Of a stretch of 64,000 nucleotides of DNA, positions 1 through 9,133 are shown one piece after another. The notes below the pieces were generated by a model. That model ran no database searches. It was given only the letters and a program-made list of their open reading frames with translations, and was not told the origin of the DNA. Both the position numbers and the translations under genes were made by a program. Source of the DNA: Bacilli bacterium (lineage in GTDB: Bacteria; Bacillota_I; Bacilli_A; RF39; UBA660); assembly GCA_017484065.1 (NCBI GenBank), contig JAFUTX010000031.1, positions 98,581 through 162,580 on the forward strand. Reading direction: 5' to 3'. Position 1 is the first letter of the stretch. The number at the start of each line of letters is the position of its first letter.

Positions 1-35
1 AGAAGTAATGTTTGGTTTACAGGAGTTGATTTTAA

Positions 36-434
36 ATGGGGAAAATATCACGAGATAAAATAAAAGGTTTTGGAATTAAAAGATTCTTTTTAAGTTTTAA
101 ATATTCAATAGAAGGTTTATTATATGCTTATCGTTATGAACAAAGCTTATGGGTTCATGCTATTGCTAGTATTTTTGTAATTATCATGGGAATAGTTTTT
201 GATATTAAGTTTAGTGAATGGGCAATTTTATTTATTGCTTTAGGTTCTATATTAAGTATTGAACTTATTAATACAGCTATTGAAGCTGCTGTTGATTTAA
301 CTACAACAGATATTCATCCGCTAGCTAAAATAGCTAAAGATTGTGGTTCTGCAGCAAGTTTTGTTTTAACCTTTGTTTCAATAGTGATTGCAATGTTTGT
401 ATTTGGACCATATATAACAGAATTAATTAAATAG
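36..434 (+). CDS. dgkA: diacylglycerol/undecaprenol kinase (DgkA family), polytopic membrane protein
   Basis: 132 aa, three TM segments, conserved DgkA-like motifs; classic dgkA-era-recO order. Confidence 0.8.
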   Translation: MGKISRDKIKGFGIKRFFLSFKYSIEGLLYAYRYEQSLWVHAIASIFVIIMGIVFDIKFSEWAILFIALGSILSIELINTAIEAAVDLTTTDIHPLAKIAKDCGSAASFVLTFVSIVIAMFVFGPYITELIK

Positions 435-451
435 AGATTAGGAGTGAAAGA

Positions 452-1336
452 ATGAAAAGTGGATTTGTAAGTATTATAGGAAGACCTAATGTTGGTAAGA
501 GTACATTACTTAATACTATAGTTAATTGTAAGGTGGCAATTACAAGTAATAAAGCTGGTACTACAAGAAATCTAATTCAAGGAATATATAATGAAAAAGA
601 CTTACAAATCGTTTTTGTAGATACTCCTGGAATTAATCGCCCAATGAATAAATTAGGCAAAGTTCTTAATAAGCAATCTTATACTGCTATGAAAGATGTT
701 GACGTTATTTTATTTGTTGTAGATGCTCTAGCAGGACTTGGTAAAGGCGATAAAATGATATTAGATAATTTATCTAAGAGTGAAGCTCCAGTTATATTAG
801 TATTAAATAAGATAGATAAGTTAACTAATGAAGAATTAATGTTTAGAATAAATGAATATAAAGATTTATTTCCATTTGCAGAGTTTGTACCAACTAGTGC
901 TTTAAAAAATGATAATGTTGATAGATTAATTCAAGTAATTCAAAAATACTTAACTGATAATATTAAATATTATGATGAAGATATAGTAACTAATAATAGT
1001 AAATATTTTATGTTAAGTGAATTAGTTAGAGAAAAGTTAATGCAAAAAACTATTGAAGAAGTACCTCATAGTTTAACTTGTCATTTAATTAATTATGAAG
1101 AAAAGAAAAATGTTATTAATGTATTTATTGATATTATTGTCGATAGAGATTCTATTAAAAAAATAGTAATTGGTAAACAAGGTGAACGTTTAAAAGAAAT
1201 AGGTATTCTAGCTCGTCAAGAGATGGAAGAAATGCTTGGCAAAAAAGTTTATTTAGAGTTATATGTTAAAACAATTAAGAATTGGAAAGACCGTGAAAAA
1301 TACTTAAGTGAATTAGGTTTCATGGATTTTGAATAA
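452..1336 (+). CDS. era: GTPase Era
   Basis: N-terminal G domain (GRPNVGKST, DTPG, NKID), C-terminal KH domain; 294 aa. Confidence 0.95.
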   Translation: MKSGFVSIIGRPNVGKSTLLNTIVNCKVAITSNKAGTTRNLIQGIYNEKDLQIVFVDTPGINRPMNKLGKVLNKQSYTAMKDVDVILFVVDALAGLGKGDKMILDNLSKSEAPVILVLNKIDKLTNEELMFRINEYKDLFPFAEFVPTSALKNDNVDRLIQVIQKYLTDNIKYYDEDIVTNNSKYFMLSELVREKLMQKTIEEVPHSLTCHLINYEEKKNVINVFIDIIVDRDSIKKIVIGKQGERLKEIGILARQEMEEMLGKKVYLELYVKTIKNWKDREKYLSELGFMDFE

Positions 1337-1346
1337 AAATAATAAA

Positions 1347-1387
1347 AAGTACCCATAATTAAAGTAAGAAGGGAAGGGTACTTTTTT
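1347..1387 (+). terminator. hairpin + T-tract after era (AGTACCC...GGGTAC TTTTTT)
   Basis: stem GTACCC/GGGTAC followed by T6; long loop so weak; directly abuts micro-ORF start. Confidence 0.35.
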
Positions 1388-1477
1388 ATGAATAAGAAAG
1401 AAGCTTGGAACAAATTTAAAAATTCAGGAAAGATAGAAGATTATTTAGAATATAAAAAAATAGAAAAGAAGGGTTAA
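1388..1477 (+). CDS. YqzL-like small protein (29 aa) between era and recO
   Basis: MNKKEAWNKFKNSGKIEDYLEYKKIEKKG; same position and W..F...G.IE.YL motif as Firmicutes YqzL; stop 2 nt before recO ATG; not in ORF track (too short). Confidence 0.45.
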   Translation: MNKKEAWNKFKNSGKIEDYLEYKKIEKKG

Positions 1478-1479
1478 TT

Positions 1480-2211
1480 ATGTTAACCAAAGTAGAAGGA
1501 ATTATTTTAAAGGAAACACCATATAGTAATACATCTAAAATTATTTCTTTATATACGAGGGAATACGGACTTATTAGTGTGCTATGTAAGGGAGCTAAAA
1601 GATTAAATAGTCCTTTAAGAGCTAATACTATTAAGTATACTTATGGATATTTTCATATAATGTATAAAGAAGATAAGTTATCTACACTAACAGATGTCGA
1701 TATAATAAATAATTTAACTAATATTAAAACTGATATTGTAAATGTTAGTTATTTAGGTTATATGTCTGAACTTACTATGCAAGTATTAAAACAAACAAGT
1801 GATGATATATTTGATATATTTATTAATGCAGTATTAAAGCTTAATGAAAATATGGATCCTTTAGTAATTACTAACATCTTAGAGATTAAATATTTACCTT
1901 ATTTGGGTATCGGACTTAATTTAGAAGGATGCTGTAAGTGTGGCAACCAAAATAGTATAGTTACTATTGATGGCGATGCCGGAGGATATATTTGTAGTAA
2001 TTGTTTAAGAAATGAAAAAATAGTGGATACTAAAGTATTACAAATGCTTAGAATGTATTACTATGTTGATATTAAAAGTATCAGTGAATTGAAAATAAGT
2101 AAGAGTGTTAAAAACGAGATTAATGATTTCTTAAATACATATTATGATAGATATTCAGGATTATATCTTTATAGTAAAGATTTTTTAAAAAGTTTGAGTA
2201 AATTAGGATAG
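1480..2211 (+). CDS. recO: DNA repair protein RecO
   Basis: N-terminal OB fold, C-terminal CxxC...CxxC zinc finger; 243 aa. Confidence 0.9.
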   Translation: MLTKVEGIILKETPYSNTSKIISLYTREYGLISVLCKGAKRLNSPLRANTIKYTYGYFHIMYKEDKLSTLTDVDIINNLTNIKTDIVNVSYLGYMSELTMQVLKQTSDDIFDIFINAVLKLNENMDPLVITNILEIKYLPYLGIGLNLEGCCKCGNQNSIVTIDGDAGGYICSNCLRNEKIVDTKVLQMLRMYYYVDIKSISELKISKSVKNEINDFLNTYYDRYSGLYLYSKDFLKSLSKLG

Positions 2212-2631
2212 GGTGATATATATGAAATCATTAACTAAAGTAGAAAATAATAAAGATTATAAAAATAAAAGTAATACTTTTGATAAACATATTTATAATA
2301 AATTGAAATAAGCTGAACAAGAAATGAACACCACTACGAAAAGATATACTGAAGCTGAAGTTTTAAAAAGTATGAATGATATTATAAGATAATATGTACA
2401 AATCCAATTGTTAGATTAATAACTGCATCGATGATGTAGTTTATTTCATAACACTCCTACCCATAAATTGTGTAGACATTTTAGATTATATCAATTTGAT
2501 ATAGTCCAAAGTGTCATTTTTTTATTTCTGCTATTATCTTCAGCTACTAAATAATTCCTGTTGACATTATATCAAGTTTGTTATTACTTATCAATAGTAA
2601 ACATTACAAATTGCAATCATAAACGTTAAAT

Positions 2632-2660
2632 TTGCAAAAATAGCCATTATGCTTTATAAT
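2632..2660 (+). promoter_or_regulatory. sigma-A type promoter for engB (TTGCAA-17-TATAAT)
   Basis: -35 TTGCAA 2632-2637, 17-nt spacer, -10 TATAAT 2655-2660, about 20 nt before engB ATG. Confidence 0.5.
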
Positions 2661-2678
2661 GTATGCAGGTGATTAAAG

Positions 2679-3266
2679 ATGCAAATTAACACTGTTGATT
2701 TAAAAAATGTTGCTGTACGTATTAGTCAGTATCCGACCGATAATTTACCAGAGTTTTTGTTGGTAGGTAGATCTAATGTAGGTAAAAGTAGTTTTATTAA
2801 CACAATGGTTAATAGAAAAAACTATGCAAGAACAAGTAGTAAGCCAGGTAAAACTCAAACACTTAATTTCTATTTATTAAATGATGAGTTCTATTTTGTA
2901 GATGTACCAGGATATGGATATGCAATAACTAGTAAGGAACGTCAACAAAAGTTTGGGTTAATGATTGAAGAGTATATTAAAAATAGAGATAATTTAAAAA
3001 AAGTATTCTTACTTATTGATTATCGTCATAAACCTACTGAAGATGATGTTTTAATGTATAATTTCTTAAAGTATTATAATTTAGAAGTTCAAGTAATAGC
3101 TACTAAATATGATAAAGTTACTAAGAATAATCGTATTAAACAAGATAAATTAATTAGAGATACATTAAAATTAAGTGAACAAGAAACATTTATTCCTTTT
3201 TCAACAATTACTAAAAAGGGTAAAGATGAAGTATTAGATTTAATAGAAAATAATATAAGAGGTTAG
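2679..3266 (+). CDS. engB: ribosome biogenesis GTP-binding protein YsxC/EngB
   Basis: GRSNVGKSS P-loop, DVPGYG, TKYDK; 195 aa. Confidence 0.9.
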   Translation: MQINTVDLKNVAVRISQYPTDNLPEFLLVGRSNVGKSSFINTMVNRKNYARTSSKPGKTQTLNFYLLNDEFYFVDVPGYGYAITSKERQQKFGLMIEEYIKNRDNLKKVFLLIDYRHKPTEDDVLMYNFLKYYNLEVQVIATKYDKVTKNNRIKQDKLIRDTLKLSEQETFIPFSTITKKGKDEVLDLIENNIRG

Positions 3267-3269
3267 ATT

Positions 3270-3695
3270 ATGAATAAAAAAGGATTTACATTAGTAGAAA
3301 TACTAGCAGTTATAGTTATTATTGCTTTATTATCAGTACTTGCAATAGCAGGAGCTACGGGTATTAGTAATAGAATTAAAAAAAAGAATTACGATACTAA
3401 AGTAGAAACATTAAAAACTGCTGCTTTAGATTATGCTGAAAGTTACTATAATGAAATAAAAAATAGCGGAGAAAAATGTGTAAGTATCGAAGATTTAATA
3501 GTTGGTGGATATATTAAAGCTGATAATGATCATATAACAAAAATTCCTAATTATCAAAATATATGTATGAATGGTGATAAATATACTGCAAAATGTTCAG
3601 TTGCAGATCCAACAGATGATACTAAATACATGTATGGAGTAGTAGTTAAATATGAAAATAAACAATTAAAAGCAGTTTATAACGGAAGTTGTTAG
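3270..3695 (+). CDS. type IV prepilin-like protein (N-terminal cleavage/methylation domain), 4 Cys
   Basis: MNKKGFTLVEILAVIVII leader (G/FTLVE class), 141 aa, C-terminal cysteines. Confidence 0.75.
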   Translation: MNKKGFTLVEILAVIVIIALLSVLAIAGATGISNRIKKKNYDTKVETLKTAALDYAESYYNEIKNSGEKCVSIEDLIVGGYIKADNDHITKIPNYQNICMNGDKYTAKCSVADPTDDTKYMYGVVVKYENKQLKAVYNGSC

Positions 3696-4124
3696 GTGAA
3701 GAAAATGAATAAAAAAGGATTTACATTAGTAGAAGTATTAGCTGTAATAGTTATAATTGGTATACTTGGAACTATAGCTTTTGTTAGTACTACAGCAGTA
3801 TCTAAAAAGAATAAAGAAAAAATATATAATAGTAAAGTTGATTCAATTGAACTAGCAGCTGTTAATTATATTCAAGAAAATAAAAATGTTTTTGATACTA
3901 GCCATAATTGTATATTTTTTAACGTAGCTTTTTTAATAGATCAAGGATATTTAAAAAAAGATAATGATAATTGTGGAGATGAAATTCGGTGTATAGAAGA
4001 CCCACGTGCAAAAGGGGAATATTTGGATTATTATTTTATAAAGATAATATTAGAAAATTACAAATATAAGGCAACTATGACAAAAAATAGACCATCATCA
4101 TCAACATGTAAAAGAATTAATTAA
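3696..4124 (+). CDS. type IV prepilin-like protein, second paralog (true start may be MNKKGF at 3705)
   Basis: KKGFTLVEVLAVIVIIGIL leader; 142 aa; Cys-containing C-terminus. Confidence 0.75.
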   Translation: MKKMNKKGFTLVEVLAVIVIIGILGTIAFVSTTAVSKKNKEKIYNSKVDSIELAAVNYIQENKNVFDTSHNCIFFNVAFLIDQGYLKKDNDNCGDEIRCIEDPRAKGEYLDYYFIKIILENYKYKATMTKNRPSSSTCKRIN

Positions 4125-4146
4125 TAAATGAAAGGGGGGAATTACC

Positions 4147-5454
4147 ATGAAAAAGCTAGTTTGTTTAATAGGTAAACCAAATGTTGGTAAAAGTAGTATT
4201 TTTAATCGACTTATTAAAGAACAAAAATCAATTATAATGGATACTCCAGGTATAACTCGTGATAGAATTTATGGAACTGTTAATTATCAAGATAAATCTT
4301 TTGATTTAATTGATACAGGAGGTATTGATTTAGGTAAAGAAGATTTTAATGAAGATATTAAGGTTCAAGCATCTTTAGCTATTAATGAATCAGATTTAAT
4401 TCTATTTGTTGTAGATGGTAAGATGGATTTAGATAGTAATGATTTAAAAATTAGAGATATGTTAATTAAAACTGATAAGAAAGTAATTGTTTTAGTTAAT
4501 AAAATAGATAACGAAAAAAGAATGGATAATATTTATAATTATTATGAACTTGGTTTTGAACATATAATTGGAGTTAGTGCAGAACATAATATAGGTTTTA
4601 GAGAATTACTTGAAGAAATAACTAAAGATATAACTGTAAAAGAAGAAGAAAAAGAAGATATTTTGAAATTTAGTATTATAGGTCGACCTAATGTTGGTAA
4701 AAGTAGTTTAATTAATGCATTGCTTAATGAAGACAGAGTAATAGTTAGTAATGTAGCAGGTACTACTCGTGATGCAATTGATACTAGATTTACTTATGAA
4801 AAAAAAGATTATATTGCTATTGATACAGCAGGGATGCGCAAAAAAGGTCGTATTTATGAAAATGTAGAAAAATATAGTTTACTACGTAGTCTAAGAGCTA
4901 TTGAACGTAGTGATGTATGTGTACTAGTTATAGACGCCGAAGAAGGTATTATTGAACATGATAAACATATAGTTAGTTATGCAGTAGAAAAGGGTAAAGG
5001 TATAGTTATTGTTGTTAATAAATGGGATACAGTAGAAGACCCTAATTTAGCAATTAAAAAATGGAAATTAGATGTAGAAAATAATTTTCAATTTATTCCT
5101 TATGCAAATATTGTATTCTTGTCAGCTTTAACTAAGAAAAGAATACATACTCTAATGCCAGAGATTATAAATGCTTATGAAAATAATCGTAAAGAAATAA
5201 AAACATCTTTACTTAATAATGTAATAGTTGATGCAGTTAGCCTACATCAACCACCTTCATATAAAGGTAAAAGATTAAAAATATATTTTGTAAGTCAAAC
5301 AGGTACATGTCCTCCTAAATTTACTTTTCAAGTAAATAATAAAGGATTAGTACATTTTAGCTATGAAAGATATTTAGAAAATAAAATTAGAGAAAACTTT
5401 GATTTTAGAGGAACACCAATAATATTCCAATATAAAAATAAAAATGAAAAATAA
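4147..5454 (+). CDS. der: ribosome-associated GTPase Der/EngA (tandem G domains + KH-like)
   Basis: two P-loops GKPNVGKSS and GRPNVGKSS; 435 aa. Confidence 0.95.
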   Translation: MKKLVCLIGKPNVGKSSIFNRLIKEQKSIIMDTPGITRDRIYGTVNYQDKSFDLIDTGGIDLGKEDFNEDIKVQASLAINESDLILFVVDGKMDLDSNDLKIRDMLIKTDKKVIVLVNKIDNEKRMDNIYNYYELGFEHIIGVSAEHNIGFRELLEEITKDITVKEEEKEDILKFSIIGRPNVGKSSLINALLNEDRVIVSNVAGTTRDAIDTRFTYEKKDYIAIDTAGMRKKGRIYENVEKYSLLRSLRAIERSDVCVLVIDAEEGIIEHDKHIVSYAVEKGKGIVIVVNKWDTVEDPNLAIKKWKLDVENNFQFIPYANIVFLSALTKKRIHTLMPEIINAYENNRKEIKTSLLNNVIVDAVSLHQPPSYKGKRLKIYFVSQTGTCPPKFTFQVNNKGLVHFSYERYLENKIRENFDFRGTPIIFQYKNKNEK

Positions 5455-5719
5455 GTTAGACTATTAAAAAATTGAATTGTTAATTTTTTGATAGTTTTTT
5501 TAATTACTATAAATCGGTATTATATTGTCGATATTTGTAATAATATTACTAATCTAATTTTATTACCTTCTTTTCTTTAACTGAATATTTAAAGTGTTAA
5601 ATATTCTTTGTATTTTACACAAATTTGTCACACAATTCACTTTTAAGTTAAGATAGTCTAAAAAAATTAAAGAAAATTGCAAGGAAAGCAGGGGATTTAA
5701 GATTTTTCTGACTATATGA

Positions 5720-5752
5720 ATAGTAGAGAAATATATTTATATTTCTACTATA
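5720..5752. repeat. near-perfect inverted repeat just upstream of the Rpn-family gene RBS
   Basis: TAGTAGAGAAATAT..ATATTTCTACTA read directly; one bulged base. Confidence 0.4.
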
Positions 5753-5773
5753 AATGAGAGGAGGTATAAGCTT

Positions 5774-6643
5774 ATGTCCAAAAAGAAATCTTTCTATACT
5801 TGTAAAGATGATAAAGTCTTTAAGACTATCTTTTGTAATTCTAATAATCCAGAACCAATGAAAGAATTATTAAGTCGTATATTAAAAGAAGAGATTAAAA
5901 CATTTGAGTTTCTAACTAATGAATTACCAGTTTCTTATGTATTGGAAAAATCTAAAAGAGTAGATTGCCTTATGTTAGTTAATAATAAGTATGTACACGT
6001 GGAATTAAATACTGAAACTGCAAAATTTATTAGAGTTAGAAATTATGCATCGTTTTCTTCGATATTTTCTAAAAATGTTATGGTCGGAGAAGAATATGAT
6101 GTAAATAAACAATTTATTCACATAGACATATCTTTTAACTTAAGTAAGAAAAAAGATTGTAAGATGAATAATACTGTTAATGATCATAAAGATGATTACA
6201 TAGAAAATTTACGATTAGTAGAATTTAATATGGACAAAATAATTGACTATTGGTATAATAATGATACAGAAATGATTAATAAGTATAAGCATTTAATCGT
6301 GTTGAATTTACCAAGAAAAGAATTAGAAAAAATAATTGAGAAAGAAGATGATGAATTTATGGTTTATGTTGGTAAGAGTATTTTAGAATTAAATGACCAA
6401 GAAAGATATGCTCCGTTAATAACTCCAGAAGAAGATTATATTTTAACTATGAATAGTTATAAACGTCTTGCTAGAGATGAGGGACTTGCAGAAGGTCGTG
6501 CTAAAGGCCTTGAAGAAGGACGCGCAGCTGAAAAGAATTCAATGGCACTTAATATGTTAAAAGAGAACTGTGATATAGCATTTATTACACGTATGACAAA
6601 ATTAAGTGAAAAAGAAGTTAAAGCTTTACAAACTACATTATAA
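5774..6643 (+). CDS. Rpn-family recombination-promoting nuclease / putative transposase (YhgA-like, PD-(D/E)XK)
   Basis: 289 aa; N-terminal nuclease-like region, C-terminal LAxxEGxAxGxxEGRAxE tail typical of Rpn/transposase_31 family. Confidence 0.65.
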   Translation: MSKKKSFYTCKDDKVFKTIFCNSNNPEPMKELLSRILKEEIKTFEFLTNELPVSYVLEKSKRVDCLMLVNNKYVHVELNTETAKFIRVRNYASFSSIFSKNVMVGEEYDVNKQFIHIDISFNLSKKKDCKMNNTVNDHKDDYIENLRLVEFNMDKIIDYWYNNDTEMINKYKHLIVLNLPRKELEKIIEKEDDEFMVYVGKSILELNDQERYAPLITPEEDYILTMNSYKRLARDEGLAEGRAKGLEEGRAAEKNSMALNMLKENCDIAFITRMTKLSEKEVKALQTTL

Positions 6644-6688
6644 AAAGCTGTTATGAAATTAACTATTTAATTTCTAGCAGCTTTTTTA
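6644..6688. terminator. bidirectional nested hairpin terminator between convergent genes
   Basis: AAAAAGCTG..GAAATTAA-CTAT-TTAATTTC..CAGCTTTTTT. Confidence 0.6.
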
Positions 6689-7612
6689 TTTATTGTATAA
6701 TCGATATAAATTAATACTTGAACGATTTAGAAATCTTATTTTAGTTGTTTTAGTACCAATACCATTATTTATATAAAGTTCAGTATCATTTACTTGGTAA
6801 TAATCACTTATGTAAGTTCTAGCACCTTTTATTTTTATTAATCCTTTAGTATATGGTAATCTTATTTGTCCACCAATAGAGTGTCCAGCTAAAATTAAAT
6901 TATAATTATTATCAGCTAATTCATTAATAGTATCAGGTTCATGAATGATACCAATTTTATAAGGTATACTTATATCATTATATAATGATGTATCATTAAT
7001 TTTATCCATATCTATTTTACTTGATATGCCAGTTAATAAAATAGGGGTATTACCATTGTTATAAAAGATTAATTCGTGTTCATTATCTAGTACTTTAAAA
7101 TTAGCATCTTCCATTATAGTAATATAGTTTTCTATTGATTCATAATCATCGTCACCAATAATAGCGTAAGATCCAATTGTAACGTTTATCTTTTTTAATT
7201 CCTTAATAATAGTTTTTACATCTTCTTCGTCGACATTACTAAATTTATCAAATAAATCACCATTATATATAACTATATCAGGTTCTAAATAGTTTATTTT
7301 TTTTACAACTCTTTTAATGGTATTAATATTAGTAGTAGATCCTAAATGAATGTCAGAAAATTGCACTATTTTTAAACCATTAAAATTTTGGGGGATATTG
7401 CTATTTATAATGGGATATTCATTAACCTTAATAAAATAACTTTCAAAGTACCTAGTGTAGCCATACATAATAAGTATTATTAATAAAATATATTTTATAG
7501 TTTTGAATATTTTTTTTCTTTTTGGATTTTCTTGTTTTTCTTCTTCGTCTTTTAAAGTTATTTCATCTTCAATAATATTATCTTCTTCTATAACTTCTTT
7601 ACTTCTTCTCAT
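6686..7612 (-). CDS. membrane-anchored metallophosphoesterase (calcineurin-like, YkuE-type)
   Basis: FSDIHLG, GDLFD, GHS/IIHEPD motifs; N-terminal TM; 308 aa. Confidence 0.8.
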   Translation of the reverse strand: MRRSKEVIEEDNIIEDEITLKDEEEKQENPKRKKIFKTIKYILLIILIMYGYTRYFESYFIKVNEYPIINSNIPQNFNGLKIVQFSDIHLGSTTNINTIKRVVKKINYLEPDIVIYNGDLFDKFSNVDEEDVKTIIKELKKINVTIGSYAIIGDDDYESIENYITIMEDANFKVLDNEHELIFYNNGNTPILLTGISSKIDMDKINDTSLYNDISIPYKIGIIHEPDTINELADNNYNLILAGHSIGGQIRLPYTKGLIKIKGARTYISDYYQVNDTELYINNGIGTKTTKIRFLNRSSINLYRLYNK

Positions 7613-8325
7613 ATAAATCTCTCCAAATACATTGCTAACATTACTAAGACTATAGTTAAACTATTATGAAATATATGTATTGTCATAGATGTATAAATAT
7701 TATCAGTTTCATAATAAGCTTTAGCAAAGTAATAACCAAGGCCACTATAAGAAACTATATATAATAATTCTATATAATTACCACTTTGTATAGAGGATAT
7801 CATATGTATAGATCCAAATATAAGTCCTGTAACTAAGCAAAATAGTTTTTTATTATTAAATATTTTTCTGAAGTTAGCTCTAAATACTAATTCTTCACAA
7901 ATTGGTCCAATTAACATAACTGATAGAATAGATGAAATAGGGCGAGCAGTAATCATTGCTCTATTAGCAGCTTCATTACTAGCTATATTACCAACTACTG
8001 TTAATATACAAGCATTACATATTATCATAAATAAAAATCCTTTACCCCAGTTTTTAAATACTGCTTTTATATTCGTTTTAAAATTTTTAAAAAACTTAGG
8101 TAAGGAAGTAGCAAGTTCTTCCCAAAATATTACTGAAAATACACACAATAATATTAAATATATTTCAAGCCTAGCTAAATCAGCAAGTATTGTATTAGAA
8201 CTATTATATGCCTTATAAAATAGAGGTACAATAAATGAGGGTAAAAATATATATAATAATATTAAAATAATTGCTAAAATAAACCTAAATATCTTTTTTT
8301 CTATAATATCTAACATGTTAATCAA
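7609..8325 (-). CDS. CPBP family intramembrane glutamic endopeptidase (CAAX protease/Abi-like)
   Basis: EELVFR and FGxxH motifs in polytopic membrane protein; 4-nt overlap with downstream gene. Confidence 0.75.
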   Translation of the reverse strand: MINMLDIIEKKIFRFILAIILILLYIFLPSFIVPLFYKAYNSSNTILADLARLEIYLILLCVFSVIFWEELATSLPKFFKNFKTNIKAVFKNWGKGFLFMIICNACILTVVGNIASNEAANRAMITARPISSILSVMLIGPICEELVFRANFRKIFNNKKLFCLVTGLIFGSIHMISSIQSGNYIELLYIVSYSGLGYYFAKAYYETDNIYTSMTIHIFHNSLTIVLVMLAMYLERFI

Positions 8326-8375
8326 TCCTTCTTAAATAAATATATCACAACCTTATTTTAATCTCAATTTAATGT

Positions 8376-8404
8376 TTGCAAAATTGTCTATTTTGTGTTA
8401 ACAT
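8376..8404 (+). promoter_or_regulatory. candidate promoter for the 8.4-21 kb cluster (TTGCAA-17-TGnTAACAT)
   Basis: -35 TTGCAA 8376-8381, extended -10 TG at 8396-8397 then TAACAT 8399-8404. Confidence 0.35.
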
Positions 8405-8416
8405 AGGAGCAAGAGG

Positions 8417-9133
8417 TTGGTGTATACTATGAAAAAAACATTTAATTTAGTCTTAACGACTGTATTATTGGGAGTATTTTGCTGTTTACCTGTAAAAGCA
8501 GCGGAGTGTAGTAATGATCTTTATCAAGCTGCTGATAAAGTAAAAGTAAGTAATGAGTTTGTGGAGGAAATTGATAACGAAACAGATATTGTTTTATCAA
8601 ATGGTTCTAAACCTATGATGTTGGTTGATAATATTAAAATAGAAAATGTTACAAATCAAATGACAATTGTAGTTACTGAAACCAAAAACAATACTTCAAA
8701 CACTTATAATTATAGTAATTCAAATAATGGTACAATAACTATTAAAGACACAATAGTAAGAAAAGTTAAAAACTATACAATAGATATATATGCTTCAGAT
8801 AGTACAAATTGTGGTGGAACTAAATTAAAAGTTAAATATCTAGAAACACTAGCTTATAATCCTTATTCAAAATCTACTAGATGTGAAGGTAATGAAAAAT
8901 TTGAATATTGTAAAGAATATTTAAATAGAGAAATTACTGAAGAAGAATTTCAAAAGAAACTTAGTGAATATTTAGGAGAAGATGAGGGGGAAAATGATAA
9001 AGAAGGAATATTAGCGTTTATTAACAAACACAAAGTATTATTAATTATAATTATTTCGTTGTTGGTAATAGGGGGTACTACTACCATAATAATTCGAAGA
9101 AGAAAAGGAGTAGATAAAAATGAAAAGAAATAA
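8417..9133 (+). CDS. signal-peptide protein with C-terminal TM anchor and charged tail (type I membrane protein); real start probably MKKTFN at 8429
   Basis: N-terminal signal sequence, Asn/Thr-rich ectodomain, C-terminal hydrophobic stretch + RRRKG; overlaps next ORF start by 14 nt (coupled). Confidence 0.5.
   Translation: MVYTMKKTFNLVLTTVLLGVFCCLPVKAAECSNDLYQAADKVKVSNEFVEEIDNETDIVLSNGSKPMMLVDNIKIENVTNQMTIVVTETKNNTSNTYNYSNSNNGTITIKDTIVRKVKNYTIDIYASDSTNCGGTKLKVKYLETLAYNPYSKSTRCEGNEKFEYCKEYLNREITEEEFQKKLSEYLGEDEGENDKEGILAFINKHKVLLIIIISLLVIGGTTTIIIRRRKGVDKNEKK

Noticed and set aside
3270-4124. Calling the two prepilins comGC/comGD
   Set aside because: No comGA/comGB/comC neighbours; only the generic prepilin N-terminal domain is evident.
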